DNA of 64,000 nt from Longimicrobiales bacterium (GCA_965211905.1 CBDBTX010000002.1:820248-884247), one strand, 5' to 3'. Positions 27,788 to 37,894 are shown, numbered from the stretch's first letter. Notes: a model not told the origin generated them from the letters alone. Numbers and translations: made by a program.

Positions 27788-28226
27788 TCACCCGCCCTCC
27801 GCGATCCCCACCAACTCCCCCGCCGGCAGCGCCCGCACCCGCTCCGCCAGCCGATACCGCTCCGTCCCCGCGTGCACCACGTGAAGCCGGTCCAAGCCCA
27901 GCGTCTCCACCGCCGACCGCATCGACCGCGTCGGCCGCGGTGCCTCCGAGCGCTTGACCTCGAATCCGTAGCGCCTCGATCCCGTCCAGCACCAGAAGGT
28001 CGAGCCCCGCGCCTGTGTGGGTGGACCAGTGGAAGCACTGCTCCAACGGCGCGTGCATCAGCTGGACGATCTGCTGAATCACGAACCCCTCCCACGAAGC
28101 CCCTTCCTTGGGATGCGACATCACATCCGTCCGGTCGGTGAGGTCGAGCAACGCGTGGAGGACGCCCGAGTCCGCGATGTAGACCTTGGGAGAGCGGACC
28201 TGCCGCTTGCTCCAGGTGTTGCTCAC
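27788..28226 (-). pseudogene. 5'-truncated, frameshifted DUF4143-domain ATPase remnant
   Basis: ORF 27750..28226 reads KVYIADSGVLHALL...GASWEGFVIQQI...THTGAGLDLLV. The homologous tail YGFEVKRSEAP...LHVVHAGTERYRLAERVRALP continues in another frame to a stop at 27788. No AAA domain remains upstream. Confidence 0.7.
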
Positions 28227-28497
28227 CGGGCATCAGCATTGTTGAAATATGAACGATCCGCGATCAGGTCTTAATACACCTACACGCAACCCTGCCCCTG
28301 TCTCTCGTTGCGATCACATCACCAAAAATATTGCAATATCATCATTATAGTCATTGCAATCTTATCAATATGAGGTTAGGTTGATTGGTTCCGAGCACCC
28401 ACGAGAGCCCAAGAGCCCCGTCAAAGTGACCTACCATCCCGACATTCCCTCTCGCCACGTCGTGCGCGAACCCCCGGCGCGATGGCCGCTCGCGCCG

Positions 28498-29775
28498 ATG
28501 CGCCGGGAGTATTGGCACCGTGTGGCGGATCGGGAACTGAAGCAACGCCTGGCCCGATCCGGAGCCGTGCTGATCGAGGGGCCGCGGGCATGTGGCAAGA
28601 CGGCTATGGCCAGGCAACTCGCGGCCAGCGGTGTCCGGCTCGACGCCGACAGGTCCGCCCGCAGGGCCGCCAGGGCCGATCCCGAATTCCTTCTCGAGGG
28701 GGCGACGCCCCGCCTGATCGACGAGTGGCAACTGGTGCCCGAAATCTGGAACCATGTGCGCCACGAAGTCGATGACCGCCCGGGCCGGGGACATTTCATC
28801 CTGACCGGTTCGGCTGTTCCGCCCGACGACATCACCCGGCACACCGGAGCTGGGCGAATTGGCCGGCTGCGGCTGCGGCCGATGTCGCTCCTGGAGCTGA
28901 GGCGGTCGACTGGCGAAGTATCGCTCGCACAACTGTTGGCCGGTGATCCGATTCCCGGGGCCGCGGCGAAGCTGACCGTGCGCGAGCTCGCCAAACTGGT
29001 GTGCGTGGGCGGCTGGCCCGGACATCTCGGCTCGTCATTCGATGATCCGCCGCTCTCCGTGGACGACGCCATGGCGGAGAACCGGGACTATCTCGGCGAA
29101 GTCTGCAGGACCGACATCCGGCGCGTGGACGGCTCGGACCGGAATCCGGCGAAGGTCGGACGATTCCTGCAGTCGCTGGGCCGCAACGTCGCCACCTGTG
29201 CGAGCATGGCCACACTGGCCCGGGACGCCCGCGGACCTCACCAGCACCTCACCAACTACACGGCCAACTCCTACATGACCGCGCTCGAACGGCTCATGCT
29301 CGTGGAGGATCAGCCGCCCTGGTCACCCCACCTTCGGTCCAGGTCGCGACTTCGGGCCGCGTCCAGGCGCCATTTCGTGGATCCGTCGCTGGCCGTAGCC
29401 GCCCTGAGCGCCGGCCCCGATCATCTGCTCCACGACTTCGAGTGGTTCGGCTTCCTGTTCGAGTCGATGGTCGTCCGGGATCTGCGCATCTACGCCCAGG
29501 CGAGCGGGGCGAGCGTGTACCATTACCGTGACAACACGGGGCTGGAGGTGGATGCCGTCGTGGATGCAGGGCCGGGGCGATGGGCGGCGTTCGAGATCAA
29601 GCTGGGGGCGACGCGGGTCGACGAGGGTGCGAAGACGCTCCTGAAGTTCGCGGACAGGGTGGATACGGATCGCTGCGGGGAGCCAGCGGCACTCGGCGTG
29701 ATCGTGGGAAGCGGGTACGGCTACGCGAGGCCGGACGGGGTGAGCGTGATCCCGCTGGGGGCGTTGGGCGTGTAG
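28498..29775 (+). CDS. AAA+ ATPase with a DUF4143 domain
   Basis: ATG at 28498. Walker A GPRACGKT and Walker B-like RLIDEW. A C-terminal DUF4143-like region ends in a restriction-endonuclease-like EIK motif. Confidence 0.8.
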   Translation: MRREYWHRVADRELKQRLARSGAVLIEGPRACGKTAMARQLAASGVRLDADRSARRAARADPEFLLEGATPRLIDEWQLVPEIWNHVRHEVDDRPGRGHFILTGSAVPPDDITRHTGAGRIGRLRLRPMSLLELRRSTGEVSLAQLLAGDPIPGAAAKLTVRELAKLVCVGGWPGHLGSSFDDPPLSVDDAMAENRDYLGEVCRTDIRRVDGSDRNPAKVGRFLQSLGRNVATCASMATLARDARGPHQHLTNYTANSYMTALERLMLVEDQPPWSPHLRSRSRLRAASRRHFVDPSLAVAALSAGPDHLLHDFEWFGFLFESMVVRDLRIYAQASGASVYHYRDNTGLEVDAVVDAGPGRWAAFEIKLGATRVDEGAKTLLKFADRVDTDRCGEPAALGVIVGSGYGYARPDGVSVIPLGALGV

Positions 29776-29850
29776 GGAGGGCGGTTGTCCAGCTTCAGCC
29801 CGATGAAGAGCAGGGTCAGGAGCGAGAGGAAACCCGGACCACTGCAGCCC

Positions 29851-29888
29851 GTTTGTCCGCCAAAAAACACCTGTTTTGGCGGACAAAC
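29851..29888 (+). terminator. 15-bp perfect hairpin downstream of the ATPase gene
   Basis: GTTTGTCCGCCAAAA-aacacctg-TTTTGGCGGACAAAC, followed by atcagtttt. Confidence 0.55.
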
Positions 29889-30030
29889 ATCAGTTTTCCC
29901 CGGCGCACCCTTGAAACTGCGCCCGCACCCTTACAGCTTCCCAATAGCATTGCGTTTTTTCAAGATTCTGCCGGGCCGAAAGGCCGGGCTCCTTTGAGCA
30001 CTCACACGCCCACCAAAGGACTGTCCAACA

Positions 30031-32211
30031 ATGAGCACCCAGAGACGTTTCGATTCCGTCAGCGCCGCCAAGACCTGGAGCCGCACGCCGGAATCCAGAT
30101 CAGGCGACCGGGACTTCCTTCCCCGCGTTTTCGGGGAGGACACCTTCGGGATGAAGGAGATGCAGTCCCGGCTGCCGGAGAACGTCTTCAAGCAGCTGAT
30201 GAGAACGGTCGCCCACGGCGAGGAGCTCGATTCCGGCGTTGCGGACACCGTCGCGGCGGCGATGAAGGACTGGGCGCTCTCACGGGGCGCGACCCACTAC
30301 ACGCACTGGTTCCAGCCGCTCACGGGGAGCACGGCCGAAAAGCACGACTCGTTCCTCAAGGTCGGGCGGGACGGCCGCGCCATCACCGACTTCGGAGGCG
30401 ACGAACTCGTGCAGGGCGAGCCCGACGCGTCCTCGTTTCCGTCGGGAGGACTGCGGGCGACCTTCGAGGCGCGCGGCTACACGGCCTGGGATCCGACCTC
30501 GCCGGCGTTTGTGCTCGGCGGCGAGTCGGCGACCTACCTCTGCATTCCGACCGCATTCTCCAGCTGGGCCGGCGAGAGCCTCGACGCGAAGATCCCGCTG
30601 CTGAAGTCGATTGCCGCGCTCGATCGCGTCACGCGCCGCGCGCTGAAGCTCTTCGGCGAGGAGCCGAGCCGCGTCACGGCCAGTCTGGGACCGGAGCAGG
30701 AGTTCTTCCTCGTCGACCGCGAGTTCTACTACCGCCGTCCGGACCTGATGACCTCCGGCCGCACCCTCTTCGGGGCGAAGCCGCCGAGGGGACAGGAACT
30801 CGACGATCACTACTTCGGGACGATGCACGAGCGCGTGCTTGCGTACATCCAGTCCGTCGAAATGGACCTGTATCGCCTTGGCGTTCCGATGAAGACGCGC
30901 CACAACGAGGTGGCGCCGGGGCAGTACGAGATGGCGCCGGTCTACGAGGACGCCAACGTGGCGTCGGACCACCAGCAGCTGACGATGCGCGTGCTGGAGC
31001 GCAACGCCCGCCGCTACGGCCTCGTGTGCCTCCTGCACGAGAAGCCCTTCATGGGGATCAACGGGAGCGGCAAGCACGTCAACTGGTCGTTCGGCACGGC
31101 GAGCCGCAACCTGATGGACCCCGGCGACACGCCCCATGACAACCTGATGTTCCTCTTCTTCTGCACTGCGGTGATGAGCGCGGTGGAGAAGCACCAGGAC
31201 CTGTTGCTGGCCTGCGTCTCGACCGCCGGCAACGACCACCGTCTGGGCGCCAACGAGGCCCCGCCCTCGATCATCTCGGTGTTCCTGGGCAGCCAGCTGG
31301 GAGACATCTTCGACCAGCTGGAAGAATCCGGCCAGGCGAAGGAAAGAGAGCGCGAGGGCCTGCTCGGGCTGGGCGTGAACGTGCTCCCCGACCTGCCGCG
31401 CCATTCGGGGGACCGCAACCGCACCTCACCCTTCGCCTTCACGGGGAACAAGTTCGAGTTCCGCGCGGTGGGCTCGGCGGCCAGCATCTCGCTGCCGGCC
31501 ACCGTGCTCAACACGATCGTCGCCGAGTCCATAGACGAGTGGACCGACGTGCTCGAGCCGATCGTCGCAGCGGGCACCTCCATCGAGGACGCGCTGTGGA
31601 CGCTGCTCGCGAACGAGATCCCGTCCTTCAAGCGGATCATCTTCAACGGCGACAACTACTCCCAGGAGTGGGTGGACGAGGCGGAGCGCCGCGGCCTGCT
31701 CAACACCGGAAACACGGTCACGGCGCTGCCGGCGCTCGCGTCCCACAAGAACGAGGAACTCTTCAACCGCTACGGCGTCATGACGCCGCGCGAGCTGGAT
31801 GCGCGGCTGGAGGTGCTGACCGAACAGTACTTCATCAGGATCAACATCGAGGGAGAGACGGCGGCGCGAATTGCCCGCTGCATGATCCTGCCGGCTGCCG
31901 TGACCTATCTGAACCGGCTCGGGTCGGCGCGGAGCGGGACGCAGGGGGCGGGCGGTTCCACGGCGGGCCTGGACAGCAACATCGCCCGGGTCTCCGGCCT
32001 CATCGACGAGCTGAGCGCCGCGCTCGACGAGCTCGATGCGCAGAACGAGGAACTCGGCGGCGACGAGGTGTCGTCGAAGGTGGTCCACATGCGCAACAAC
32101 GTGATCCCCGCGATGAATGCGGTGCGCGAGGTGGCGGACCGGATGGAGAAGGTGATTCCGGAGGAGCTGTGGCCGCTGCCGACCTACCGTGACATTCTCT
32201 TCGTGAAGTAG
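30031..32211 (+). CDS. glnN: Glutamine synthetase type III
   Basis: 726 aa. N-terminal FGEDTFGMKEMQSRLPENVFKQL and THYTHWFQPLTG, and the central NGSGKHVNWS motif, are characteristic of GSIII. Confidence 0.9.
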   Translation: MSTQRRFDSVSAAKTWSRTPESRSGDRDFLPRVFGEDTFGMKEMQSRLPENVFKQLMRTVAHGEELDSGVADTVAAAMKDWALSRGATHYTHWFQPLTGSTAEKHDSFLKVGRDGRAITDFGGDELVQGEPDASSFPSGGLRATFEARGYTAWDPTSPAFVLGGESATYLCIPTAFSSWAGESLDAKIPLLKSIAALDRVTRRALKLFGEEPSRVTASLGPEQEFFLVDREFYYRRPDLMTSGRTLFGAKPPRGQELDDHYFGTMHERVLAYIQSVEMDLYRLGVPMKTRHNEVAPGQYEMAPVYEDANVASDHQQLTMRVLERNARRYGLVCLLHEKPFMGINGSGKHVNWSFGTASRNLMDPGDTPHDNLMFLFFCTAVMSAVEKHQDLLLACVSTAGNDHRLGANEAPPSIISVFLGSQLGDIFDQLEESGQAKEREREGLLGLGVNVLPDLPRHSGDRNRTSPFAFTGNKFEFRAVGSAASISLPATVLNTIVAESIDEWTDVLEPIVAAGTSIEDALWTLLANEIPSFKRIIFNGDNYSQEWVDEAERRGLLNTGNTVTALPALASHKNEELFNRYGVMTPRELDARLEVLTEQYFIRINIEGETAARIARCMILPAAVTYLNRLGSARSGTQGAGGSTAGLDSNIARVSGLIDELSAALDELDAQNEELGGDEVSSKVVHMRNNVIPAMNAVREVADRMEKVIPEELWPLPTYRDILFVK

Positions 32212-32230
32212 TCGCGACGCGGCTCGACCG

Positions 32231-33433
32231 ATGCGCGGCAGGATTCTGGCGGGGGTGGCCGGTGCGGTGGTGCTGGGCGGCGGCACGTGGCTGATCGTGC
32301 AGGGAGGCGGAGGACCGGGCGCGGAAGCCGACGCGGTCGAGGTCGTAGCGCTGGCGGAGGCGGAGGCGGTCTACGGGGAGCCGTTCTCGGTCGTCTCCAC
32401 GGTGCGCGAGCTTCCCGGAGGCGACGTGCTGGTGGCCGATCCGCTCGGCCAGGTCGTGGTGCGGCTGGATCTGGACGCCGGCACGGCCGACACCATCGGC
32501 GGCGTGGGCGAAGGCCCGAACGAGTACCGCCAGCCCGATGCGGTGTGGCCCCTGCCCGGAGGCAGGACGCTGCTCGTGGACCTGGGCAACGGGCGCCTGA
32601 CCGAGCTGGGCCCGAATCTCGAGTTCGGCGAGACGCGGCCCTACAGCCTCGGCGACATGTCGATGGGCCAGATCGTGATTGCGATTCCACAAGCCGTCGA
32701 CGGCCGGGGCAGGCTCTACTTCCGGGGCCTCGGCGGAATGGGGGGGATGCGATCCGATTCGGCCAGGGTTCTCCGGCTCGACCTGGAAACCGGGATGATC
32801 GACACGGCCGCGACCTTCAAGCGACCCGCGACCATCGTCGAAACCAGCGGCGGCCCGGGGGAGCGGAACGAGAGGGTCAGCCAGGTGCCGCTTTCGCCCG
32901 CCGATGCCTGGGGCGTGGCTCCGGACGGACGCGTGGTGGTTGTCCGCGCCGGCGACTATCACGTCGACTGGGTGAGCGACGACGGTTCGATTGCCAGCGG
33001 CCAGCCGGTTCCCTGGGAGCCGATCGGCCTGGGGCGCGCCGAGAGGGAGGAGTGGGCGCGGGAACGGATGGAGACGGGCGGCCCGCTCAGCATCTCGGTG
33101 GAGGTCGAGAACGGCTCCATGAGCATGCAGGCCGTCCGCGGCGGCTCGACGGACGACGACGACAACCTGGACGACCGCCCGTGGCCCGAGGTCAAGCCCG
33201 CCTTCTACGACCGGCCCGTGCCTGTCGACGGACTGGGGCGGGCGTGGGTGCGGCGACACCGCGAGGCTGGCGAGGAACCCGGCTACGACGTCTTCGGCTC
33301 GCACGGCGAACTGGCGATGTCGGTCGAGCTGCCGATGAACCGCCGGGTCGCGGGCTTCGGCGACGGCGTGCTGTACGCGGTCCACATGGACGACTTCGGG
33401 CTGCAGACGCTGGAGCGTTATTCGCTGCCCTGA
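32231..33433 (+). CDS. Hypothetical secreted protein (beta-propeller-like)
   Basis: N-terminal TM/signal. Its codon usage matches the host. No family was recognised with confidence. Confidence 0.55.
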   Translation: MRGRILAGVAGAVVLGGGTWLIVQGGGGPGAEADAVEVVALAEAEAVYGEPFSVVSTVRELPGGDVLVADPLGQVVVRLDLDAGTADTIGGVGEGPNEYRQPDAVWPLPGGRTLLVDLGNGRLTELGPNLEFGETRPYSLGDMSMGQIVIAIPQAVDGRGRLYFRGLGGMGGMRSDSARVLRLDLETGMIDTAATFKRPATIVETSGGPGERNERVSQVPLSPADAWGVAPDGRVVVVRAGDYHVDWVSDDGSIASGQPVPWEPIGLGRAEREEWARERMETGGPLSISVEVENGSMSMQAVRGGSTDDDDNLDDRPWPEVKPAFYDRPVPVDGLGRAWVRRHREAGEEPGYDVFGSHGELAMSVELPMNRRVAGFGDGVLYAVHMDDFGLQTLERYSLP

Positions 33434-33957
33434 GCGCTGGCGGACCCCTTTCCCGGTCGGCGCTCGATCCGGAGCGTTCCCCCGGCGATCGTCGCGTTGG
33501 CCCCGTCGGCCTCGGTGAGGCGGGCGATGCCGCGTTGACCCAGCTGCACAACCGGGATCGTTCTGTAGCCCAGCTCCTGCGCTACGAGGATGCCGAGCAC
33601 GAGGATCGCGTCCGTGTGGCCCACGACGATCGCCGCCGGAGCCACACGGTTGCGAAGGAGCTCCAGCATGACGGCGCTGGAGGAGCTCGACCCGATCGTG
33701 CGCTCCATGACGAGGACGCGTCCGCCCAGCCGCTCGCCGTGGCGCGGGTGGCGCGGATCCATGATAGCGCCCGTGAGGGGATCGACCCCGCCCCAGAAGC
33801 TGATGGGCTTCTCGAGGACGAGGAGCCGCCCTTCGACGGGCCAACGCCGCTCCGTGTCAGCGCGGCCTTCGGTTGGCGAGGGCCGGTGGTCGGGCGCTCG
33901 CTGCGCGTCGGGCCTCTCATCCGGGCCCGGGTGGACGATGGTGCCCTTCAGCTCCAC
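33418..33957 (-). CDS. Aconitase X swivel-domain protein (DUF126)
   Basis: ISFWGGVDPLTGAIMD..H...G and GSSSSSAVMLELLRNRVAPAAIV motifs. Its GTG start overlaps the upstream AcnX catalytic gene. Confidence 0.8.
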   Translation of the reverse strand: MELKGTIVHPGPDERPDAQRAPDHRPSPTEGRADTERRWPVEGRLLVLEKPISFWGGVDPLTGAIMDPRHPRHGERLGGRVLVMERTIGSSSSSAVMLELLRNRVAPAAIVVGHTDAILVLGILVAQELGYRTIPVVQLGQRGIARLTEADGANATIAGGTLRIERRPGKGSASAQGSE

Positions 33958-35240
33958 AGCACTTCGTCCCGCGTGACCCGCGCACGGGAGGCCGACCGGA
34001 CGCAGTCCTCGAGGCTGCCGTACACCACCCCGTACCCGGTGTTGGAGGGAGTGTAGTGCGCGAACTTGCCGGAATTCGTCATCAGCACGCCATCCCGTGG
34101 CGGGAGGATCGGGGTGACCACGACGCAGGTGTCGACCACGATCTCGACGCCGGCGTCCTGGAAGCGGTGCAGGCGCCCCGCTTCCTCCAGGCGGCGGTGT
34201 TCCGAGCGGCCGGTGCAGACGTAGAACGGGACTGCGAACGGGGCAGCGGGCAGGAGCGCCTCGAGACGGGCGAACTCGGCCAGCGAAAAGTGCGGGCTGC
34301 CCACGGCCACCGCGTCTATCCGGCCTGTTCCCGCCGTGCTGAGCGTGTCACGGGTGGCGCGCAGCTCGTCCGGGGCGGGCGCGATCACGCGGTCGGCGTC
34401 CAGGCCGCCGAGTGCGGTGCGCAGGTCGGGCGCCTCCGGGGTCACGCCCTCGACGTGGAAGAGTCCCACGGCGCCGGAGGACGCCGCCGCGGCCCCCATC
34501 GCCTTGAGCTGGTCTTCCGTAACGGTTCCGGGGAGCCCCGTCACCACCGCCACGCGGTCGTCCACGGTCGCGCCCAGCCACGTCCCCAGCACCGGGTAGA
34601 AGACATCCCGCCGCCTCAGTTCGGGATCGATGCGGCCCGTGTCGACCACGACGGTCGCGCGGCGGCGCTCGCCCAGGTGGAGACCCGTGCGCGGCGCCCG
34701 TCCCGCGATCGCGCAGCAGATGTCCATGAAGTCGCCGTAGCGGTTCGTGCGTGCGCCCAGCACCGAGTTGGCGAAACACACCGCGTTGCTCTCGCCCCAG
34801 GCGACGTGCTCTCCCAGTGCGGGGCGGTGCCCGGCCTGGTAGGGCGCGCAGGTCCAGGTAGGTCGGCACCCCAGTGCTTCGTAGGCCCGCATCTGGCGCA
34901 GCGCCATCTCGCGGCGGTGCCCATGCGAGCGCACGCGTGCCGGGTTGAGGAGGTCGAGCGCTCCCACGTTGAGCGTCGCCGGGACCGTGACCGCGCCGCC
35001 GAGCTCCACCAGCCGTTCGCCGAACTCGACGCCGCCGTCGCCGTGGTAGAGACATCCGTCGATGTGTGCGGAGGTGATTTCGACGAGCTCGCCGGCACCC
35101 AGGATTTCGCCCATTTGGACCACGATGCGCATCGCGAGTTGTACGGCGGGACCGGCCTCACCCTCGATAAGGGCGGTCCCGCGCGGGCTGAGTCGGACAG
35201 CGTTCATTCGGATCGCACAGACCTCGTTCATGGTTTCCAT
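33948..35240 (-). CDS. Aconitase X catalytic-domain protein (DUF521)
   Basis: LIEGEAGPAVQLAMRIVVQMGE...ITSAHIDGC is typical of DUF521. An internal ATG at 35207 is an alternative start. Confidence 0.8.
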   Translation of the reverse strand: METMNEVCAIRMNAVRLSPRGTALIEGEAGPAVQLAMRIVVQMGEILGAGELVEITSAHIDGCLYHGDGGVEFGERLVELGGAVTVPATLNVGALDLLNPARVRSHGHRREMALRQMRAYEALGCRPTWTCAPYQAGHRPALGEHVAWGESNAVCFANSVLGARTNRYGDFMDICCAIAGRAPRTGLHLGERRRATVVVDTGRIDPELRRRDVFYPVLGTWLGATVDDRVAVVTGLPGTVTEDQLKAMGAAAASSGAVGLFHVEGVTPEAPDLRTALGGLDADRVIAPAPDELRATRDTLSTAGTGRIDAVAVGSPHFSLAEFARLEALLPAAPFAVPFYVCTGRSEHRRLEEAGRLHRFQDAGVEIVVDTCVVVTPILPPRDGVLMTNSGKFAHYTPSNTGYGVVYGSLEDCVRSASRARVTRDEVLWS

Positions 35241-35408
35241 GGGGCACCGGCCAGGACTACGCTACACGGGACAGGGGGTGTCCAACAGGCAAGCCGGATC
35301 CGCGCCCCTGCGAACCGTATCCGGCAAACCGTGTAGAATTAGTCAGCCGGGCGCGCATTCAAGAGCGAATGGCAGACCAACGCCGCATCAATCGAGGGAG
35401 GCTCCGCA

Positions 35409-35996
35409 ATGACAGGCTTCAGGAAGCTATCACTGTTCACGGCCGTGCTCGCCGCTGTCTCGGGTGCCTGTAGCGACAGCACGACCGATCCCGCTGAACC
35501 GCTCAGCATGGACGAGACCGAGGCACTCTATCTCGGCATGCAGCAGGTGGCGGGTGACACGACCCCCGAGATCATTTCTGCGACGCCGGATGGCGCGGTA
35601 GTCGCGTGTCCGCTCGGTGGACAGGCCACGATGGTGATCGAGGTCAACGAGGAGATGGCGGCAGACACGGCTCGCCTCGATACCAGGACCACGATCGATC
35701 CGGAGGGATGCGTGCTGTCGAGCCAGGGCTACGAGTTCACGGTGGACGGAAATCCGGATGTACAGTTGGAGGTGAACATTGCGATTGTGGGCTCCACCTT
35801 CGAGTTCCTCCTCGATGGGTCGCTCGCCGGCGGATTGGACTGGCAGCTCGACGACCGCTCCGGAACGTGCATGATCGACCTGACGCTCAGTGTCGAAATC
35901 GCAGAGCCGCCGACCGGGAGCTTCTCCGGGACGATGTGCGGACACGAGGTCGAATTCGACGCAGGGGGGGTGGTGCCGACCGGCGGCGGCAGCTAG
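35409..35996 (+). CDS. Hypothetical lipoprotein
   Basis: GGGAGG RBS and a signal peptide with lipobox AVSGAC. Confidence 0.6.
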   Translation: MTGFRKLSLFTAVLAAVSGACSDSTTDPAEPLSMDETEALYLGMQQVAGDTTPEIISATPDGAVVACPLGGQATMVIEVNEEMAADTARLDTRTTIDPEGCVLSSQGYEFTVDGNPDVQLEVNIAIVGSTFEFLLDGSLAGGLDWQLDDRSGTCMIDLTLSVEIAEPPTGSFSGTMCGHEVEFDAGGVVPTGGGS

Positions 35997-36140
35997 GCGT
36001 CTGCGCCGCAGAAAGCCGCAGCGGCTATCTTTGGTTCCGCCGCCGCCATGTCGACGATTTCGGGGCGGTGTTCGCTGACGCTTGGAACCTGAAGGGTATC
36101 GGAGGGGTGGGCGGGTCTGCTTCCCAGTGGTCATGCAGAT

Positions 36141-36183
36141 TATCGTTGAATATCGTCCCGGCACGGCACGATATTCAACGATA
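36141..36183. repeat. AT-rich 16-bp perfect inverted repeat (hairpin) followed by a T-tract
   Basis: TATCGTTGAATATCGT-cccggcacggc-ACGATATTCAACGATA, then TTTTG. It could be the terminator of the lipoprotein gene or a structure at the left flank of the IS. Confidence 0.6.
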
Positions 36184-36261
36184 TTTTGTCGGACTGGTCG
36201 GCTGGGGTCACTGATCGAGACACCGTCAACGAACAGAATCCGCCGGTTTGCAGTCCCGTGT

Positions 36262-37894
36262 GGAAATGTAAAGTGCGATTACCTTTATGTAACTCTCATG
36301 GCCGACTGGGCTGGCCACCCCCCGGAGCTGAAACTATAAGTCAGGCACGGCGGGGGCAGAGGTCGATAGACATAATGGTGCCGGAGAGCCCGGTATGTAA
36401 CATGATCCAGGGCGCTACGGGGAACCCCACAGTGCTGAGGCGGCCCCTTGAGGGTCGTCATCGCGGACGGAAAAGTCGCAATCGAAGAGCGCCCGCTCCC
36501 GCCCGGAGACCATCAGCCCGGGAGGGGAGACATGAAGGTAGTGATCGAACGGTGCGCGGGCCTCGACGTGCACAAGAAGACAGTGGTGGCGTGTGTCCGC
36601 ACGCCGGAGGTGGGCCGGGGGAAGCTCGGGAGCAAGGAGATCCGGACGTTCGGGACCTCGATGAGGGGACTGGAGGCGTTGCGGGCGTGGCTGGCTTCGT
36701 TCGGCGTGACCGAAGTCGCTATGGAGTCCACCGGCGTGTACTGGCGCCCGGTGTATGCGGTGCTCGAGGCCGACTTCCGCCTGCTTCTGGTCAACGCGCG
36801 GCATGTGAAGCACGTTCCCGGCCGCAAGACCGATGTCCGGGATTGCGAGTGGCTTGCTCAGCTACTGGAGTGCGGGCTACTCAGGGGAAGCTTCGTGCCG
36901 CCGCCTGAGATCCGCGATCTGCGTGATCTGACCCGGTTCCGCAAGACCCTGATTGAGGACCGGAGTTCCCTGGTCAACCGGGTGGGCAAGACCCTGGAGC
37001 TGGCGAACGTCAAGCTGGCGTCCGTGGTGTCGAACATCATGGGTGTGACGGGGCGGAGGATCCTGGAGGCCATGATCAAGGGTGAGGACGATCCGAAGGT
37101 CCTCGCGGATCTGGCGCGCGGCAGCCTCAAGGGGAAGCGCAGGGAGCTCGCCGAGGTCGTTCCCGGCCTGATGCGGGACCACCACCGGTTCGTGCTGCGC
37201 CGGCAACTGGACCTGATCGACGAGTTGTCGCGCCAGATCGAGAAGCTGGACATGCGGATCGCCGCGGTGACGGATGTCCCTTTCGGGGCGGCGCTCGACC
37301 TCCTGCAGAGCATTCCGGGGGTCGGGCGCCGGTCGGCCGAGGTGATCCTGGCGGAGATCGGTGACGACATGTCCAAGTTCCCGACGCCCGGGCGCTTCGC
37401 CTCCTGGGCCCGGGTCTGTCCGGGCAACCATGAGAGTGCCGGGAAGCGCAAGCCCGCATCGATCGGAAAGGGCAACGCCTGGCTGCGAAGGGCATTGTCC
37501 CAGGTGGCGTGGGGCGCCGTGCGGACCAAGGGGTGCTACTACGGCGCCCTGTACCACCGCAAGAAGGCAAAGGGCGGCTCGAAGAAGGCCATCGTGGCCG
37601 TCCAGCACGCGATCATGGTCGCAATCTGGCACATGTTCTCGACAGGCTCCACCCACGAGGACCTCGGGCCGGACCACTTCCAGCGCCACGACAAGGAACG
37701 ACGGCTCCGATACCTGAAAGCGCAGATGGAGAGGTTGGGCGTTAGTGTCCAGATACACGACGAAGCCGCCTGAACTCCCCGGTCGGCTTCCCCACCCCGC
37801 TCGGATGACCGCGCGACAAGGGCCCTCCTGTCACCCTCGACTTCAGTGCATCACGCCAGAGCACCGACACCACCCCCGAGTTTCACGGAAATGT
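36262..37894 (+). mobile_element. IS110-family insertion sequence (boundaries tentative)
   Basis: It contains the DEDD transposase gene with a ~260-nt non-coding, lower-GC left end. GGAAATGT occurs at both 36262-36269 and 37887-37894. The boundaries are not proven. Confidence 0.45.
36532..37773 (+). CDS. IS110-family DEDD transposase/recombinase
   Basis: GGGAGGGGAG RBS before the ATG. N-terminal GLDVHKKT, ESTGVYW and VNARHVKHVPGRKTDVRDCEWLA. C-terminal SIPGVGRRSAEVILAEIGDDMSKF and CPGNHESAGKRK (Transposase_20). Confidence 0.92.
   Translation: MKVVIERCAGLDVHKKTVVACVRTPEVGRGKLGSKEIRTFGTSMRGLEALRAWLASFGVTEVAMESTGVYWRPVYAVLEADFRLLLVNARHVKHVPGRKTDVRDCEWLAQLLECGLLRGSFVPPPEIRDLRDLTRFRKTLIEDRSSLVNRVGKTLELANVKLASVVSNIMGVTGRRILEAMIKGEDDPKVLADLARGSLKGKRRELAEVVPGLMRDHHRFVLRRQLDLIDELSRQIEKLDMRIAAVTDVPFGAALDLLQSIPGVGRRSAEVILAEIGDDMSKFPTPGRFASWARVCPGNHESAGKRKPASIGKGNAWLRRALSQVAWGAVRTKGCYYGALYHRKKAKGGSKKAIVAVQHAIMVAIWHMFSTGSTHEDLGPDHFQRHDKERRLRYLKAQMERLGVSVQIHDEAA

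Noticed and set aside
25265-29900. tRNA gene or integrase marking the island as a classical genomic island
   Set aside because: I found no tRNA-like T-arm or anticodon-arm pattern and no tyrosine or serine recombinase ORF in or next to the island.
29889-30030. Possible glutamine riboswitch or sigma-54 promoter upstream of GS type III
   Set aside because: I found no glnA-RNA consensus segments and no GG-N10-GC promoter. Only a short direct repeat (GCGCACCCTT / CGCACCCTTA) and a weak 4-bp hairpin are present.
36262-36269. GGAAATGT direct repeat (also at 37887-37894) as a proven target-site duplication of the IS110 element
   Set aside because: An 8-mer match between two windows of a few hundred bp is roughly expected by chance, and IS110-family elements often make no duplication. 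It is kept only as a tentative boundary guess.
36082-36908. ORFs 36082..36339 and 36186..36908 in the IS left end
   Set aside because: Both overlap non-coding, structured sequence and the start of the transposase gene in another frame. Neither has motifs.
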